The notes: generated by a model from the sequence alone, not told the origin. 64,000 nt of DNA from a bacterium (GCA_020444065.1 JAHLLQ010000004.1:198662-262661), one strand, 5' to 3'. Positions 17,794 through 27,876 are shown, counted from the stretch's first letter. Numbers and translations are program-made.

Positions 17794-19382
17794 CGCATGC
17801 GCCTCCTTGCGATCGTGTAGCCGACACCGCCTGCCAGCAGGCCCAGTCCAAGGAGCAACAGGCCGCCGCAGATGATCCAGAAGCGCTTCTCGGTCAGTTC
17901 CAGGTGCGTGGCCGGCAGCAGTTTCGGCGGAATCGCCATCTGGTCCTCGCGCGCAGCCAGCCAGTTCACACACTGGGTCAGGAACGTCGCGGACTCATCC
18001 TGAACGAAGTCGTTGCCGAACGTATCGGAATCGCCGATCACGACCATCCGAGCAACATCGCCCCGCACGCCGCCGGGGGTTCCGAATATGGAAGCCATCG
18101 CCGTCGGCCACGCATGAATCAGCGCCTCATCTTCGGGCGGAGTTGCCTTCAACGTGTCGCGCAACTCCTGGGGATCTTCCGCCCACACCTTGTCATGGCT
18201 CGCCAGCAGGGGAGTGATCATCGCGTCCGCGGAAGCAAGTTCCGGCCGATTCTCCAGCGGACGAACGTTGTTCATCAGGAACGGCTTGTCGCTCGATGCC
18301 GCAACGATCGCGTGCTCTCCGACCGGGCGCACCATCACGGGCAGGCCCTGCATGACATCGCGAGGTGCGAAGCGATCGATCAGAATCTCGTTCGGAGCGT
18401 CGATGCCTGCTCGCTGCATCACGGCGCGCAGATTCGGGAAGTCGCGCCCCTGGATCAGCATCGGATCGATCAAGATCAGAATCGATCCGCCTTCATCCAG
18501 GTAGCTCAGCAGAATCTCGCGCTCCCGATCATACAGATCGATTGTCGGCCCGGAAATTACCACGACACCCGCATCGGTCGGGATCTGCGCGGCTGTCTGC
18601 AGATCCAATCCCGCAACCGGCATGATGCTGTCGGACATCTGCTGTGCGGCCTTCTGCAGGGAGAAATCATTCTGGCCGGGACGACGATCCTTGAGCGGAG
18701 TCAATCCCCGCTCGCCCTTGTCGGACAGGAAGTAGATCTTCTGATCGCGACCGCGAACGACTCGCAGCAGAGCGTTGGAAAGGCTGTTCTCCCGATAGCG
18801 ATCCGTCGCGCGAATCACCGTCCGTTGACGGCGCAATTGTTCGCCGCCACGATATGCCGTCACAAACACATCGCCGGGATACACACTGTCTGCAAACTGC
18901 ATTGCCTCGGCTGCGTTGATTGTCGGATCGAAGATCTCGAAGTGGATCTTGTCAGATTCGCGCTCGTACAGATCCAGGAAATCCCTCAGCGACGCGTGAT
19001 CGGCCAACTCTGCAAAGACCGTGACCTGCACTTGGGTGTCCAGTTGGTGCAGGAACACGCGCGTTTGCTCCGACAATGTATGAACGCGATGCTCGGTGAC
19101 ATCGATCGGCACCGAGTGATTCGCGACCATCAGATACACGAAAATGCAGGACAGGAAGATGAAGAGGCTGTAGGCGATCGAGGCAACGCTGTCGCGAACG
19201 CTGCCGCGCTCCTGCCACACAATGCCGAGGACCAGCAGCACCAGGGCTGCGCCGCCCATGCCGAGCAACCATGCCTGGAAGCCGCCCAGGATCGCACCCC
19301 AGATCAACGTGCCCAACAACAGTACCGCGCCGAGGATCGGCAGAAACAGTTGGCGCAGCATGTAGAAGGACGATCGATTCAT
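17790..19382 (-). CDS. GldG-like auxiliary component of an ABC-2 type transporter
   Basis: Track ORF 17790..19394; preferred start ATG 19382..19380 overlapping the permease stop (TGATG); N- and C-terminal TM segments flanking a large soluble domain, typical of GldG-family proteins. Confidence 0.7.
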   Translation of the reverse strand: MNRSSFYMLRQLFLPILGAVLLLGTLIWGAILGGFQAWLLGMGGAALVLLVLGIVWQERGSVRDSVASIAYSLFIFLSCIFVYLMVANHSVPIDVTEHRVHTLSEQTRVFLHQLDTQVQVTVFAELADHASLRDFLDLYERESDKIHFEIFDPTINAAEAMQFADSVYPGDVFVTAYRGGEQLRRQRTVIRATDRYRENSLSNALLRVVRGRDQKIYFLSDKGERGLTPLKDRRPGQNDFSLQKAAQQMSDSIMPVAGLDLQTAAQIPTDAGVVVISGPTIDLYDREREILLSYLDEGGSILILIDPMLIQGRDFPNLRAVMQRAGIDAPNEILIDRFAPRDVMQGLPVMVRPVGEHAIVAASSDKPFLMNNVRPLENRPELASADAMITPLLASHDKVWAEDPQELRDTLKATPPEDEALIHAWPTAMASIFGTPGGVRGDVARMVVIGDSDTFGNDFVQDESATFLTQCVNWLAAREDQMAIPPKLLPATHLELTEKRFWIICGGLLLLGLGLLAGGVGYTIARRRMR

Positions 19383-20155
19383 CACGCCCTCCACCGCAGC
19401 GATTCAATCTGCCGCACCGCCAGGAACAGGAACAAGAAGGCGAACAGCACGAAATACGCGCCATCGACTGCCGATATCGATCCGGCCAGGAATCCTTCGA
19501 TATGCCCGACGATCGTCAGATGTTCTGCCAACTGCGCCAATTCCGGCGACCGGAAGGCTCCGAGCAACGTCGAGACGATCAGAAGCATGAAGATGACAAT
19601 GTATGTCAGCACCGCGGCGACGACTTGCGATTCCGTCAGGCTGGAGAAGAAGACACCCAGGGCGACGTACGCCAAAGTCGCCAGCACCAGCGCGCCGTAA
19701 CACGTCGCCACGACCGCCCACTCCGGATCGCTCAACCACGTGACGATCGCAGGAAACACGAGAGTCAGCGCGAGGTAGACGAGAAGGGCGGTACTGTTGG
19801 CGAGGAACTTCCCAAGCACCAGGCTCCATTCTCCGGCCGGCGTGGTTCGCAGCAGCGCGAGCGTGCCGTGTCGGCGTTCCTCAGCAAACGCACGCATCGT
19901 CAGCATCGGAACCTGCATCAGTAGGAAGAAGTGAATGACCTGGAAGAGTTGTGTGACCAGCGCGACCGTAACGTTGGAACTGACGTTGTTCTCCTGCGCA
20001 TATCCTGGATCGGCGAAACCCAGCATCATAACGACGAAGACGAGGCCGCTGGCCAGGAAGAACACGCCCGACAGGACCCAGAAGAGCGAAGTCGTGAACA
20101 GCGCACGCAGATCGCGACGATAGACGAGCATTGTCTGGCGAATGGCGGCCATCAT
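19382..20155 (-). CDS. ABC-2 family transporter permease (GldF-like)
   Basis: Track ORF 257 aa, six hydrophobic helices; start overlaps the ATPase stop (ATGA at 20152..20155). Confidence 0.75.
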   Translation of the reverse strand: MMAAIRQTMLVYRRDLRALFTTSLFWVLSGVFFLASGLVFVVMMLGFADPGYAQENNVSSNVTVALVTQLFQVIHFFLLMQVPMLTMRAFAEERRHGTLALLRTTPAGEWSLVLGKFLANSTALLVYLALTLVFPAIVTWLSDPEWAVVATCYGALVLATLAYVALGVFFSSLTESQVVAAVLTYIVIFMLLIVSTLLGAFRSPELAQLAEHLTIVGHIEGFLAGSISAVDGAYFVLFAFLFLFLAVRQIESLRWRA

Positions 20156-21108
20156 GACTCCGTCCCCACTTTCGCCATCGGATCGTTGATCGCGCGCAGG
20201 AAGATTTCTTCCAGAGTCGCTTCCTCTTCATGGAGATCCAGTAGTTCCATGCCGCCATCGAGGATCGCACGTGCGATCAGCGGACGGAACTCCATGCGCC
20301 CCTGCCATTTCACGCGCAGATAGCCTTCACCCTTCGGTGCGCCGGAGAGCACCTCGATCTCCGTATCCGGTGCGGCTTCGCGCAACAGGTCCGCCGCCTC
20401 GGCGGGCAAGCCTTGCACATGCACGCGGACACGGCGCTCGGCGCTTTGCTGGCCAATTTCTTTGACCGGGCCCTGTGTTACGATACGGCCCTGGTTTAGA
20501 ATCACGACGCGCGTGCACGTCATGGCGACTTCCGGCAGGATGTGCGTCGATAGAATCACTGTGCGGTGTCCGCGCATCTTATGAATCAGATCGCGGATTT
20601 CTGAAATTTGGCTGGGATCGAGCCCCACGGTTGGCTCGTCCAGGATCAGGACACGCGGATCGCCGAGAAGGGCCTGAGCCAAGCCCACGCGCTGCCGCAT
20701 GCCCTTGGACAAGTTCCCGACCAGCCGTCCGCCCACGTCAGAGAGACCGGTTTCCTCGAGCGACCGATCCACCTGGAAGTTCACATCGCGCGCTTCGACC
20801 AGCTTCATCCCCGCGACGAACTTCAGGTAACTGCGCACTGTCATCTCGGGATAGAGCGGCGCCTCTTCGGGCAGGTACCCGAGCAGCCGGTGAACGTCGC
20901 GGTGGCGGCGCGTCACGTCGAAGCCGCCGATCTGCGCCGAACCGCTGGTGGGCAGCGCGAGACCAGTCAGGATCTTCATTGTGGTTGTCTTGCCTGCACC
21001 ATTCGGGCCCAGAAAGCCAAGGATCTCCCCCTCCGGCACGTCAAAGGACAAGCCGTCGAGGGCCCGATTCGGCCCGTAGAACTTCGTCAGGCAATCGACA
21101 TGGATCAT
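20152..21108 (-). CDS. ABC transporter ATP-binding protein (GldA-like)
   Basis: Track ORF 318 aa; Walker A GPNGAGKTT, signature LSKGMRQR, Walker B ILDEPT. Confidence 0.9.
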   Translation of the reverse strand: MIHVDCLTKFYGPNRALDGLSFDVPEGEILGFLGPNGAGKTTTMKILTGLALPTSGSAQIGGFDVTRRHRDVHRLLGYLPEEAPLYPEMTVRSYLKFVAGMKLVEARDVNFQVDRSLEETGLSDVGGRLVGNLSKGMRQRVGLAQALLGDPRVLILDEPTVGLDPSQISEIRDLIHKMRGHRTVILSTHILPEVAMTCTRVVILNQGRIVTQGPVKEIGQQSAERRVRVHVQGLPAEAADLLREAAPDTEIEVLSGAPKGEGYLRVKWQGRMEFRPLIARAILDGGMELLDLHEEEATLEEIFLRAINDPMAKVGTES

Positions 21109-21158
21109 CGTCGAGAAGATTCCGGCTTCATCGCGAAGGTGGCGTCGCCGGCGAGCGA

Positions 21159-21995
21159 TTACAGACGCTCGATAATGCCGGCAACCAGTTGACAGAATTT
21201 CTCACCAACCAGTTTGCCCGTCTCCATCACTTCCTCGTGGGTCGTGACGACGTCGGACTTCAGCACCAGCGAGTTCGTGATCACCGAGATGCCCAGCACG
21301 CGTGCGCCGGCGTGTACAGCCACGAGGTTCTCCGGCACGGTCGACATGCCGACGGCATCGGTCATGCTGCGGAACATCTGGACTTCGGCCTGTGTTTCAT
21401 AGGTCGGGCCGGTGCTGGCCAGGTACGTGCCTTCCTGCAGTGTGATTCCCAAGTCGCGGGCCGTGCTGCGGGCCAACTCCATCAGCTCCGGATCGTACGG
21501 AGCCGACATATCCGGGAAGCGCGGCCCGATCGAATCCAGGTTCGCGCCGATCAGCGGATTACGGAACTGGTTGTTGATGTGGTCGTTGATCAGCATCAGG
21601 TCGCCGGGCGTGAAGAGACGATTCACACTGCCGGCGGCATTGCTCAGAATCACTGTCTCGACCCCGAGCGACAACAGCGCACGCAGCGGAATCACCGTCT
21701 CGCGCACATCGACGCCTTCATAGACGTGCTTGCGGCCGCTCATGACGATCACGGGCTTACCGCCGACCTTGCCCCAGACCAGGCGCCCGGCGTGGCCAAC
21801 CACGGTGCTTTGGGGGAAGTGTCGCAGCTCGTCGTAGGAAACCGACTTGGCATCCTCGACGGATTCGCCGAACTTGCCGAGGCCGCTGCCGGCCACGACC
21901 AGGATCTTCGGCACATCGCCGACCTTCTCGCGCACGCTGTCCGCGGCGTCCTTGATCAGCGCTTCATGTTGTTTCGGATCGTCGAGATGACTCAC
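21159..21995 (-). CDS. purine nucleoside phosphorylase (PNP/MTAP family)
   Basis: Track ORF 278 aa; PNP-family pattern (VVGHAGRLVWG, YEGVDV, STVPE). Confidence 0.85.
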   Translation of the reverse strand: MSHLDDPKQHEALIKDAADSVREKVGDVPKILVVAGSGLGKFGESVEDAKSVSYDELRHFPQSTVVGHAGRLVWGKVGGKPVIVMSGRKHVYEGVDVRETVIPLRALLSLGVETVILSNAAGSVNRLFTPGDLMLINDHINNQFRNPLIGANLDSIGPRFPDMSAPYDPELMELARSTARDLGITLQEGTYLASTGPTYETQAEVQMFRSMTDAVGMSTVPENLVAVHAGARVLGISVITNSLVLKSDVVTTHEEVMETGKLVGEKFCQLVAGIIERL

Positions 21996-22021
21996 GTCTT
22001 CTTCCTCATTTCAGAAAATGC

Positions 22022-22729
22022 TCAGCCCAGCTTCTTGCGCAGGCGCCACAGTGTCACGAAGGCTTTTACGATTTCCAGCCCTGAAATCTTCGATTCTCCT
22101 GCCCGCCGATCGTGGAAGACGATCGGGATCTCCCGGATGCGCGCGCCGCGGCGCTGGCAGACAGCCAGCAGCTCCATCAGGCAACTGTATCCATCCGAAC
22201 GAATCGAATCCAGATCGATGCCGCGCAGCAGCTTCGTGCGATAGCACCGATAGCCGCTCGTGCAATCCCGTGCCTTCAGTCCCAGGATCATTCGCGCGAG
22301 CGTATTCGCGCCCCAACTCAGGACGTAGCGATGCGGACCCCAGTTCCGGATGCCGCCCCCGGCGATATACCTCGACCCGACGACCACATCCGCGATCCGC
22401 GCCATGTGCAGAATCTCGTACAGGTGCCTCGGATTATGCGACAGGTCCGCGTCCATCGTGATGGCGAGGTCGTATTCCCGCTCCATCGCCCAACGGAACC
22501 CCGCCAGGTAGGCCGTTCCCAGCCCCAGCTTGCCTTCGCGCTCCAGCAAATGCACGCGCCCGGGGTACTCTTCGGCCCGCTCGCGAACCAGGTCGGCCGT
22601 TCCATCCGCCGACGCGTCATCCACGACCAGCACATCCACCTGTCCGCGCTGTTCCATCAGACCATCGATCAGATGGCCGATGTTCTCCACTTCGTTGTAG
22701 GTCGGAACGATGCAAACGGCACGCGGCAT
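22022..22729 (-). CDS. GT2 family glycosyltransferase, polyprenol-phosphate mannose/glucose synthase-like
   Basis: Track ORF 235 aa; CIVPTYNE...VLVVDDASADGT...MDADLSHNP pattern typical of Dpm1-like GT2 enzymes. Confidence 0.85.
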   Translation of the reverse strand: MPRAVCIVPTYNEVENIGHLIDGLMEQRGQVDVLVVDDASADGTADLVRERAEEYPGRVHLLEREGKLGLGTAYLAGFRWAMEREYDLAITMDADLSHNPRHLYEILHMARIADVVVGSRYIAGGGIRNWGPHRYVLSWGANTLARMILGLKARDCTSGYRCYRTKLLRGIDLDSIRSDGYSCLMELLAVCQRRGARIREIPIVFHDRRAGESKISGLEIVKAFVTLWRLRKKLG

Positions 22730-22840
22730 GACGGGCTCGCTTCGGGGAGTGGCCGCACTCGTGGCACAGCCCGTAAGGTCTGCGGATTCAGGGCCCGGGT
22801 GTCAAGGCCCGCGGGGATAGAACCGATCAGACTGGCCTCA

Positions 22841-22872
22841 TGAAAAACCGCCCCTTCAGTTCGAAGAGGCGG
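22841..22872 (-). terminator. putative intrinsic terminator downstream of gspG
   Basis: Reverse strand CCGCCTCTTC-GAACT-GAAGGGGCGG (10-bp stem, one mismatch) followed by TTTTTCA; 28 nt after the gspG stop. Confidence 0.55.
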
Positions 22873-22899
22873 CTTTCCGTAGTGAGGTGACTTGGTTGG

Positions 22900-23346
22900 T
22901 TATTCCTTTTTTGTCCAACTGGTGACGTCGTCGTCGGTGCCTTCCTGGCCATCCGGACCGTCGCTCCACAGGTCGTAGTCTTTGCTGTGCTCGCCGGGGG
23001 CGCGATAGCGGAACTCGTGGCCCCATTGGTCCTTGGGAACCGAATCGGCGTCAAGATAGGGACCTTCCCACATGCCTTCAGGGGCGTCGCTGGGTTCTTC
23101 GAACAGAGCCTCGAGGCCTTCATTCGTGTCCGGGAAGCGTCCCAGGTGCATCTCGAACTGCGAGAGCCCGAGCTTGATGTTGTGAATCTGGGTCTTGGCA
23201 GCCTGAATCCTGGCTTTCTTTGACTTACCGGCGAGACGCGGGCCGACGATGGCCAGCAGCACGCCGATGATCACGACGACGAACATGATTTCCAGGAATG
23301 TGAAGCCTCTGCGGCCGCGGTTGTTGTGACGAATCATCAAACTCAA
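22900..23346 (-). CDS. gspG: type II secretion / type IV pilin-like pseudopilin (GspG-like)
   Basis: Track ORF 148 aa; prepilin leader and N-methylation motif RRGFTFLEIMFVVVIIGVLLAIVGP. Confidence 0.8.
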   Translation of the reverse strand: MSLMIRHNNRGRRGFTFLEIMFVVVIIGVLLAIVGPRLAGKSKKARIQAAKTQIHNIKLGLSQFEMHLGRFPDTNEGLEALFEEPSDAPEGMWEGPYLDADSVPKDQWGHEFRYRAPGEHSKDYDLWSDGPDGQEGTDDDVTSWTKKE

Positions 23347-23520
23347 ACCTCCTTCAGATTAGGAAAACGCTCCGCATTCTCCCCTGTGTGATTGCCCCTC
23401 GCCGAACTAAGACACCTGTTTGTGCTGTCCGGTTTGGCGATGGACACCGATTCTAATGGCAAGCATCGGGCCACCGACGGCGGGGGAGGGAAAAAAGGGA
23501 GAAACGCAGGCAGGGGGAGG

Positions 23521-24975
23521 TCAGTTCCCCTGCCCGCGCTGAATCTGCTTGGTCAGGTACCCCACGATGCTCGCCATGTTGGCGTCCGCATCCACGGCCT
23601 TCTTGATCTTGCGGAACGCATAGATCACTGACGTGTGGTCCTTGCCGCCGAATTTCGCCGCGATGTCGGGGAAGCTCAGGTCCGTCAACTCGCGGCACAA
23701 GTACAACGCCAAGTGACGTGGTTGACTGAATTTCTTGGACCTATTGCTGCCCAGCAGCTCTTGCGGCGTAATCTCGAAGTAATCGCACACGCAGCGCTGC
23801 ACGTCCTCGATACTGACCCGGCTCTGGGGCTGGCCGACCATCAGGTGTCCCAACACCTCGCGGGCGGATTCCAGGTTGATCGGACAGTCGTGCAGTCCCG
23901 CGTAGACCTTGATGCGTTTCAGGGTACCCTCCAGCTCACGAATGTTCGACTTCACGCGCTCGGCGATGAACTGCAGCACGTCGCTCGGGATCCGCAGGCC
24001 TTCCTGGCGCGCTTTCTGCCGCAGAATTGCGATTCGGGTTTCGAGGTCCGGCGGCTGGATATCCGCAATCACGCCCCACTCGAAGCGCGACCGCAGCCGC
24101 TCCTCGAGCGTCGCCAGGTCACGCGGGGGGCGATCGCTGGAAAGCACGATCTTCTTCCCGTCGTCGAACAGCGTGTTGAACGTGTGGAACATCTCGTCCT
24201 GCGTGCGTTCCTTTCCCATCAGAAACTGCACGTCATCCAGCAGCAGAACGTCCACATTCCGGTATTGATTACGGAACTCCACCTTGCGGTTCATCTGGAT
24301 GCTCTCGATGAAGCTATTGATGAACTGCTCGGAGCTCGCATACATCACGCGCACCGTGCGGTCGGCCTCGTACAACGCGTGACCGATGGCCTGCATCAGG
24401 TGCGTCTTGCCCAGACCCGACTGTCCGTAGATGAACAGAGGGTTGAAGGCCTGGGAGTTAGAGTCTGCCACGGATTGGGCCGCTGCGTGCGCGTAGCGAT
24501 TGCTTTCGCCCACGACGAAATCTTCAAACCGATACCGGGGATTGATCCGTGGCGGATCCACGACCCGCGGGCTGGGTGCCGAATGCTGGAAGCCTCGGCG
24601 GCCGCCCATCTGGCGGAAATCCACAACGCTGCGGCGGTGAGACATCCCACCGTCGAATGGCGTCTGCTCTTCCGTGGAAGAGGACTCTTCAGTGCTATCT
24701 GTTTTCTCGCGGACGATCAGATCGACGTCCACATTGCGGCCTGCAGCCTCGCTCATGACCGAGCGCAACTGCCGGCCGTATTTTCGTTCAATCCAGTTCT
24801 GGTAAAACTCGCTTGTGACGGACAAGGTCACCCGCTGTGACTCTTCGCAAATTCCATCAAAAGTTATGGGCAATAACCACGCATTATACTCAGCTTCTCC
24901 CACATTTTCGCGCAAGATATCACGAACCCTGTCCCATACATCGGGCGTGATGCGGGTCATGAAAGAGTGTTCCAT
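23521..24975 (-). CDS. dnaA: chromosomal replication initiator protein DnaA
   Basis: Track ORF 484 aa; AAA+ Walker A GQSGLGKTHL; Walker B LLLDDVQF; C-terminal DnaA signature ...KDHTSVIYAFRKI. Confidence 0.95.
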   Translation of the reverse strand: MEHSFMTRITPDVWDRVRDILRENVGEAEYNAWLLPITFDGICEESQRVTLSVTSEFYQNWIERKYGRQLRSVMSEAAGRNVDVDLIVREKTDSTEESSSTEEQTPFDGGMSHRRSVVDFRQMGGRRGFQHSAPSPRVVDPPRINPRYRFEDFVVGESNRYAHAAAQSVADSNSQAFNPLFIYGQSGLGKTHLMQAIGHALYEADRTVRVMYASSEQFINSFIESIQMNRKVEFRNQYRNVDVLLLDDVQFLMGKERTQDEMFHTFNTLFDDGKKIVLSSDRPPRDLATLEERLRSRFEWGVIADIQPPDLETRIAILRQKARQEGLRIPSDVLQFIAERVKSNIRELEGTLKRIKVYAGLHDCPINLESAREVLGHLMVGQPQSRVSIEDVQRCVCDYFEITPQELLGSNRSKKFSQPRHLALYLCRELTDLSFPDIAAKFGGKDHTSVIYAFRKIKKAVDADANMASIVGYLTKQIQRGQGN

Positions 24976-25055
24976 TTCGTGTCGAGATCGTCTTCGGGAG
25001 ATGTCCCGGCTTCGTCGCCTAGGTCTTGAGAGGTATCAAAGAATCGGAGGGGCCA

Positions 25056-26099
25056 TCAAGGCTTTTCTAGTGGCCTGGAATCTAAGTCTGAAATGAACTC
25101 AAGTCCAGTAGTACCAGTGATGTAGAGACTTTGTGGCGAGCAGCTTTCCGGCGTGTCCCGAGGGGTGTGCCAGGGAGCGAAGTCGAAGTCTATCAGGTTT
25201 ATACACGGCCATCCATGGGCCAAATAGGGCAGATGATCGTCGATCACGGGACGGCCGATTTTTTTCGCAAAAACCTCCGGCCAGAGCCGCTCTCCGATCC
25301 CCCAGAACCGATCCACCGTTTCCGGGGCCTTTTGGGTGCTGTAACGTTCCTGGGGAAAATGCAAATCGGCATCTGCAACCATGTCAAAGTTGACTCCGGC
25401 CTCAAAACCGTCCGGACTTAACCAGTCGTTAGCCAAATACCTGGACCCGATGCAGTATTCATAATACGGGTCTCGCACTTTTTGGCCCTGTCGGGCACCC
25501 AAATCCTCGACATCGTGAAAGACCAGATAGACCCCCACGTTCTTCGGGGGGTGTTCAGCGATCGCCCGGGCCATTCCAAGGAGGACAGCCACCCCGCTGG
25601 CGCCGTCGTTGGCTCCCGGCACGGGCTGGATGATCTCGCGGGCGGTCTTGGCCTGGTCGCTGATCGGGCGGGTATCGTAGTGGGCCGAGAAAAACAGCCG
25701 CCGGGCCCGCCCGATTTCCCATGTGCCGATGATATTATAAATGTCGACTTCCTGGCCGGTCAGGGTCGGCTTTACGGGGCCGGCCTGGCGGATCTCCACG
25801 TCGAATCCGGCCTTCTCCAGCTCGGTGCGAATGTACTCGATCGTTTTCCCATGCCCGGTGCTTCCTGGGATGCGCGGTCCGAACTCCACCTGCGTCACCA
25901 GATCCTTCCACGCGCGATTCATATCGAAAGCCGCAGCCAGCGGAGACATCGGTGCCGCCGCCGTGGGGACGGAGGGGACGGAGTTCGTCATGCTCGTTGC
26001 CTCATCGCTGCTTTGCGTTTGAGCAGAGACCATTCCGCTCGCCGTCATTGCACCGGCTAGGAACAACCCGATTGCCCAATTCCACTTCGATCGATTCAT
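25056..26099 (-). CDS. M28 family peptidase / glutaminyl-cyclase-like, secreted
   Basis: Track ORF 347 aa; signal peptide; start overlaps the gltX stop (ATGA at 26096..26099). Family call from general resemblance (metal-binding His/Asp/Glu pattern); moderate certainty. Confidence 0.7.
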   Translation of the reverse strand: MNRSKWNWAIGLFLAGAMTASGMVSAQTQSSDEATSMTNSVPSVPTAAAPMSPLAAAFDMNRAWKDLVTQVEFGPRIPGSTGHGKTIEYIRTELEKAGFDVEIRQAGPVKPTLTGQEVDIYNIIGTWEIGRARRLFFSAHYDTRPISDQAKTAREIIQPVPGANDGASGVAVLLGMARAIAEHPPKNVGVYLVFHDVEDLGARQGQKVRDPYYEYCIGSRYLANDWLSPDGFEAGVNFDMVADADLHFPQERYSTQKAPETVDRFWGIGERLWPEVFAKKIGRPVIDDHLPYLAHGWPCINLIDFDFAPWHTPRDTPESCSPQSLYITGTTGLEFISDLDSRPLEKP

Positions 26100-27577
26100 G
26101 CCGTTGGCACCGTTCCCTTTTCGATCAGTTCCGCCGCACGATTAATGCGTGCGACACATTCGCTCTTTCCAAGATTCACAAGCACATCGAACAAGCCGGG
26201 ACTCGCCATTCGCCCTGTCGTTGCAAGGCGAATCGGCTGCGCGATCTTGCCGAAGCCGATTCCGATTTCCTCCGCTAGAGCGCGCAAGGCTGCTTCGAGT
26301 CCATCATGCGAGAAATCATCGAGCGCCTCGATGGCCTTTGCTGCGGCGCGCAAGTTCAACTCCGTCCCTTCTTTTCCGAACGCCTTCTTCACGCCCTTCT
26401 CCTCGAAGGTTTCCGGCGCGCGGAAGAAAAAGTCCAGCGCTTCGGGAAATTCACTCAGCAATCGAACGCGCTCGATCGCCAGTCCGATGATCGTCGCCAG
26501 CCATTCCTCACCGCGCTCCGGCGCAGAGAGCCCGGCGCGCTCCAGGAAGGGCTTTGCACGTTCGACAATCTCCGCCGGCGGAAGGTTCCGCAGCCAGTAC
26601 CCATTCATGTACAGGTACTTGTCCTCGTCGAAGTTCGCATTCGACTTTGAAAGGCCGTCCAGCGAGAACTTCTCGATCAGATCCTCGGCCGAGAAGATCT
26701 CCGCCTTGTCATCGAAACTCCAGCCTGCCAGCGCGATGAAGTTCATCGTGGCCTCGTGCAGGTAACCGAGATCGCGTCGCGCAGACACCGAAACGGGGAA
26801 GCGCGGATCCGCGTCCTCGTCGCGTTTGCTCATCTTCTTGTTCGCCTTCATGATCAGCGGCAGGTGCGTGTACGTCGGCACCGGATAGCCCAGGGCCTCC
26901 AGGACCATCATCTGGCGCGCCGTATTGGTCAGGTGATCCGAGCCGCGGATGACGTGCGTGATCTGCATGTCCGCGTCGTCGATCGCGCAGCAGAAATTGT
27001 AGAGTGGCTTGCCCCAGTTGCCTTCCGTTCCCGCACGCGTCAGATTGAAATCGCCGAGATCCTCGTTCACGAACCGGCAGTCGGCCGTTCCGCTTAGCAG
27101 TGTCTCCGGGACATTCGTCTCGCCCTCGGGAACGCGGAATCGCCACGTGAACGGCACGCCGTCGGCAAGGCGCTGCTCCACTTCCTCTTCGGACAGCTTC
27201 AAGCACGCCCGATCGTAGGTGAAGTTGCGCTTCTCGGCCATGGCCTGCTGGCGCAGCCCATCGATGCGCTCCGGCGTACAGAAGCAGCGGTACGCATGGC
27301 CGCTCTCGACCAGACGCCGCAGGTGCTCCTCGTACACGTCGCCGCGCTTGCTCTGATAAAAGGGGCCCTCATCCCACTTCATGCCGAGCCATTCGAGCGA
27401 ATCGAGAATCTGCTGGGTCGACTCCTCGGTGCTGCGTTCCGCGTCGGTATCTTCGATACGCAGGATGAATGTGCCGTTGTTGTGGCGCGCCCACAGCCAG
27501 TTGTACAGCGCCGTGCGGGCGCCGCCCACGTGCAGGAACCCGGTGGGGGAGGGAGCGAATCGAACGCGGACAGTCAT
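26096..27577 (-). CDS. gltX: glutamate--tRNA ligase
   Basis: Track ORF 493 aa; class I motifs HVGG (PTGFLHVGGART) and KMSKR. Confidence 0.95.
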   Translation of the reverse strand: MTVRVRFAPSPTGFLHVGGARTALYNWLWARHNNGTFILRIEDTDAERSTEESTQQILDSLEWLGMKWDEGPFYQSKRGDVYEEHLRRLVESGHAYRCFCTPERIDGLRQQAMAEKRNFTYDRACLKLSEEEVEQRLADGVPFTWRFRVPEGETNVPETLLSGTADCRFVNEDLGDFNLTRAGTEGNWGKPLYNFCCAIDDADMQITHVIRGSDHLTNTARQMMVLEALGYPVPTYTHLPLIMKANKKMSKRDEDADPRFPVSVSARRDLGYLHEATMNFIALAGWSFDDKAEIFSAEDLIEKFSLDGLSKSNANFDEDKYLYMNGYWLRNLPPAEIVERAKPFLERAGLSAPERGEEWLATIIGLAIERVRLLSEFPEALDFFFRAPETFEEKGVKKAFGKEGTELNLRAAAKAIEALDDFSHDGLEAALRALAEEIGIGFGKIAQPIRLATTGRMASPGLFDVLVNLGKSECVARINRAAELIEKGTVPTA

Positions 27578-27663
27578 GAGGTCTCCTTCGGAGCGAATGA
27601 TGTTGGGTGGGAGGTTTCCGCGCGGGGCGGCGGGTCGTCAAGCGGGCGGTCCTGATTGCCGGC

Positions 27664-27717
27664 TTTGGGGATAAAAACAAACCCTTCCGGGACGGTCGAT
27701 CCGCCCCGGAAGGGTTT
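27664..27717 (-). terminator. rho-independent terminator between rpmB and gltX
   Basis: 13-bp perfect stem AAACCCTTCCGGG / CCCGGAAGGGTTT with 13-nt loop, followed on the reverse strand by GTTTTTATCCCC. Confidence 0.65.
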
Positions 27718-27876
27718 CAATTCTTCGAGCTGGAATCCGCGACCGGCGGGGTGGACAACCGGACCGTTCGCGCACCCGGAACGGTAAACTTATGGCTGCT
27801 TCCTTCCGGACCTGACCAGGTTCGTTCCCGTCCGTCGCACGGGGCCCGGCTGTCCACTCCGCCGGCCCGCGGGGGA

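Noticed and set aside
17904-19700. 598-aa plus-strand ORF
   Set aside because: Antisense to the GldG-like and permease genes; low-complexity composition.
20475-22244. 589-aa plus-strand ORF
   Set aside because: Antisense to the ABC ATPase and PNP genes, which have unambiguous motifs on the minus strand.
22730-25055. Possible oriC / DnaA-box cluster next to dnaA
   Set aside because: No clustered TTATCCACA-like boxes were seen by eye in the flanking intergenic DNA, and the intergenic regions are short; the origin cannot be placed here from sequence alone.
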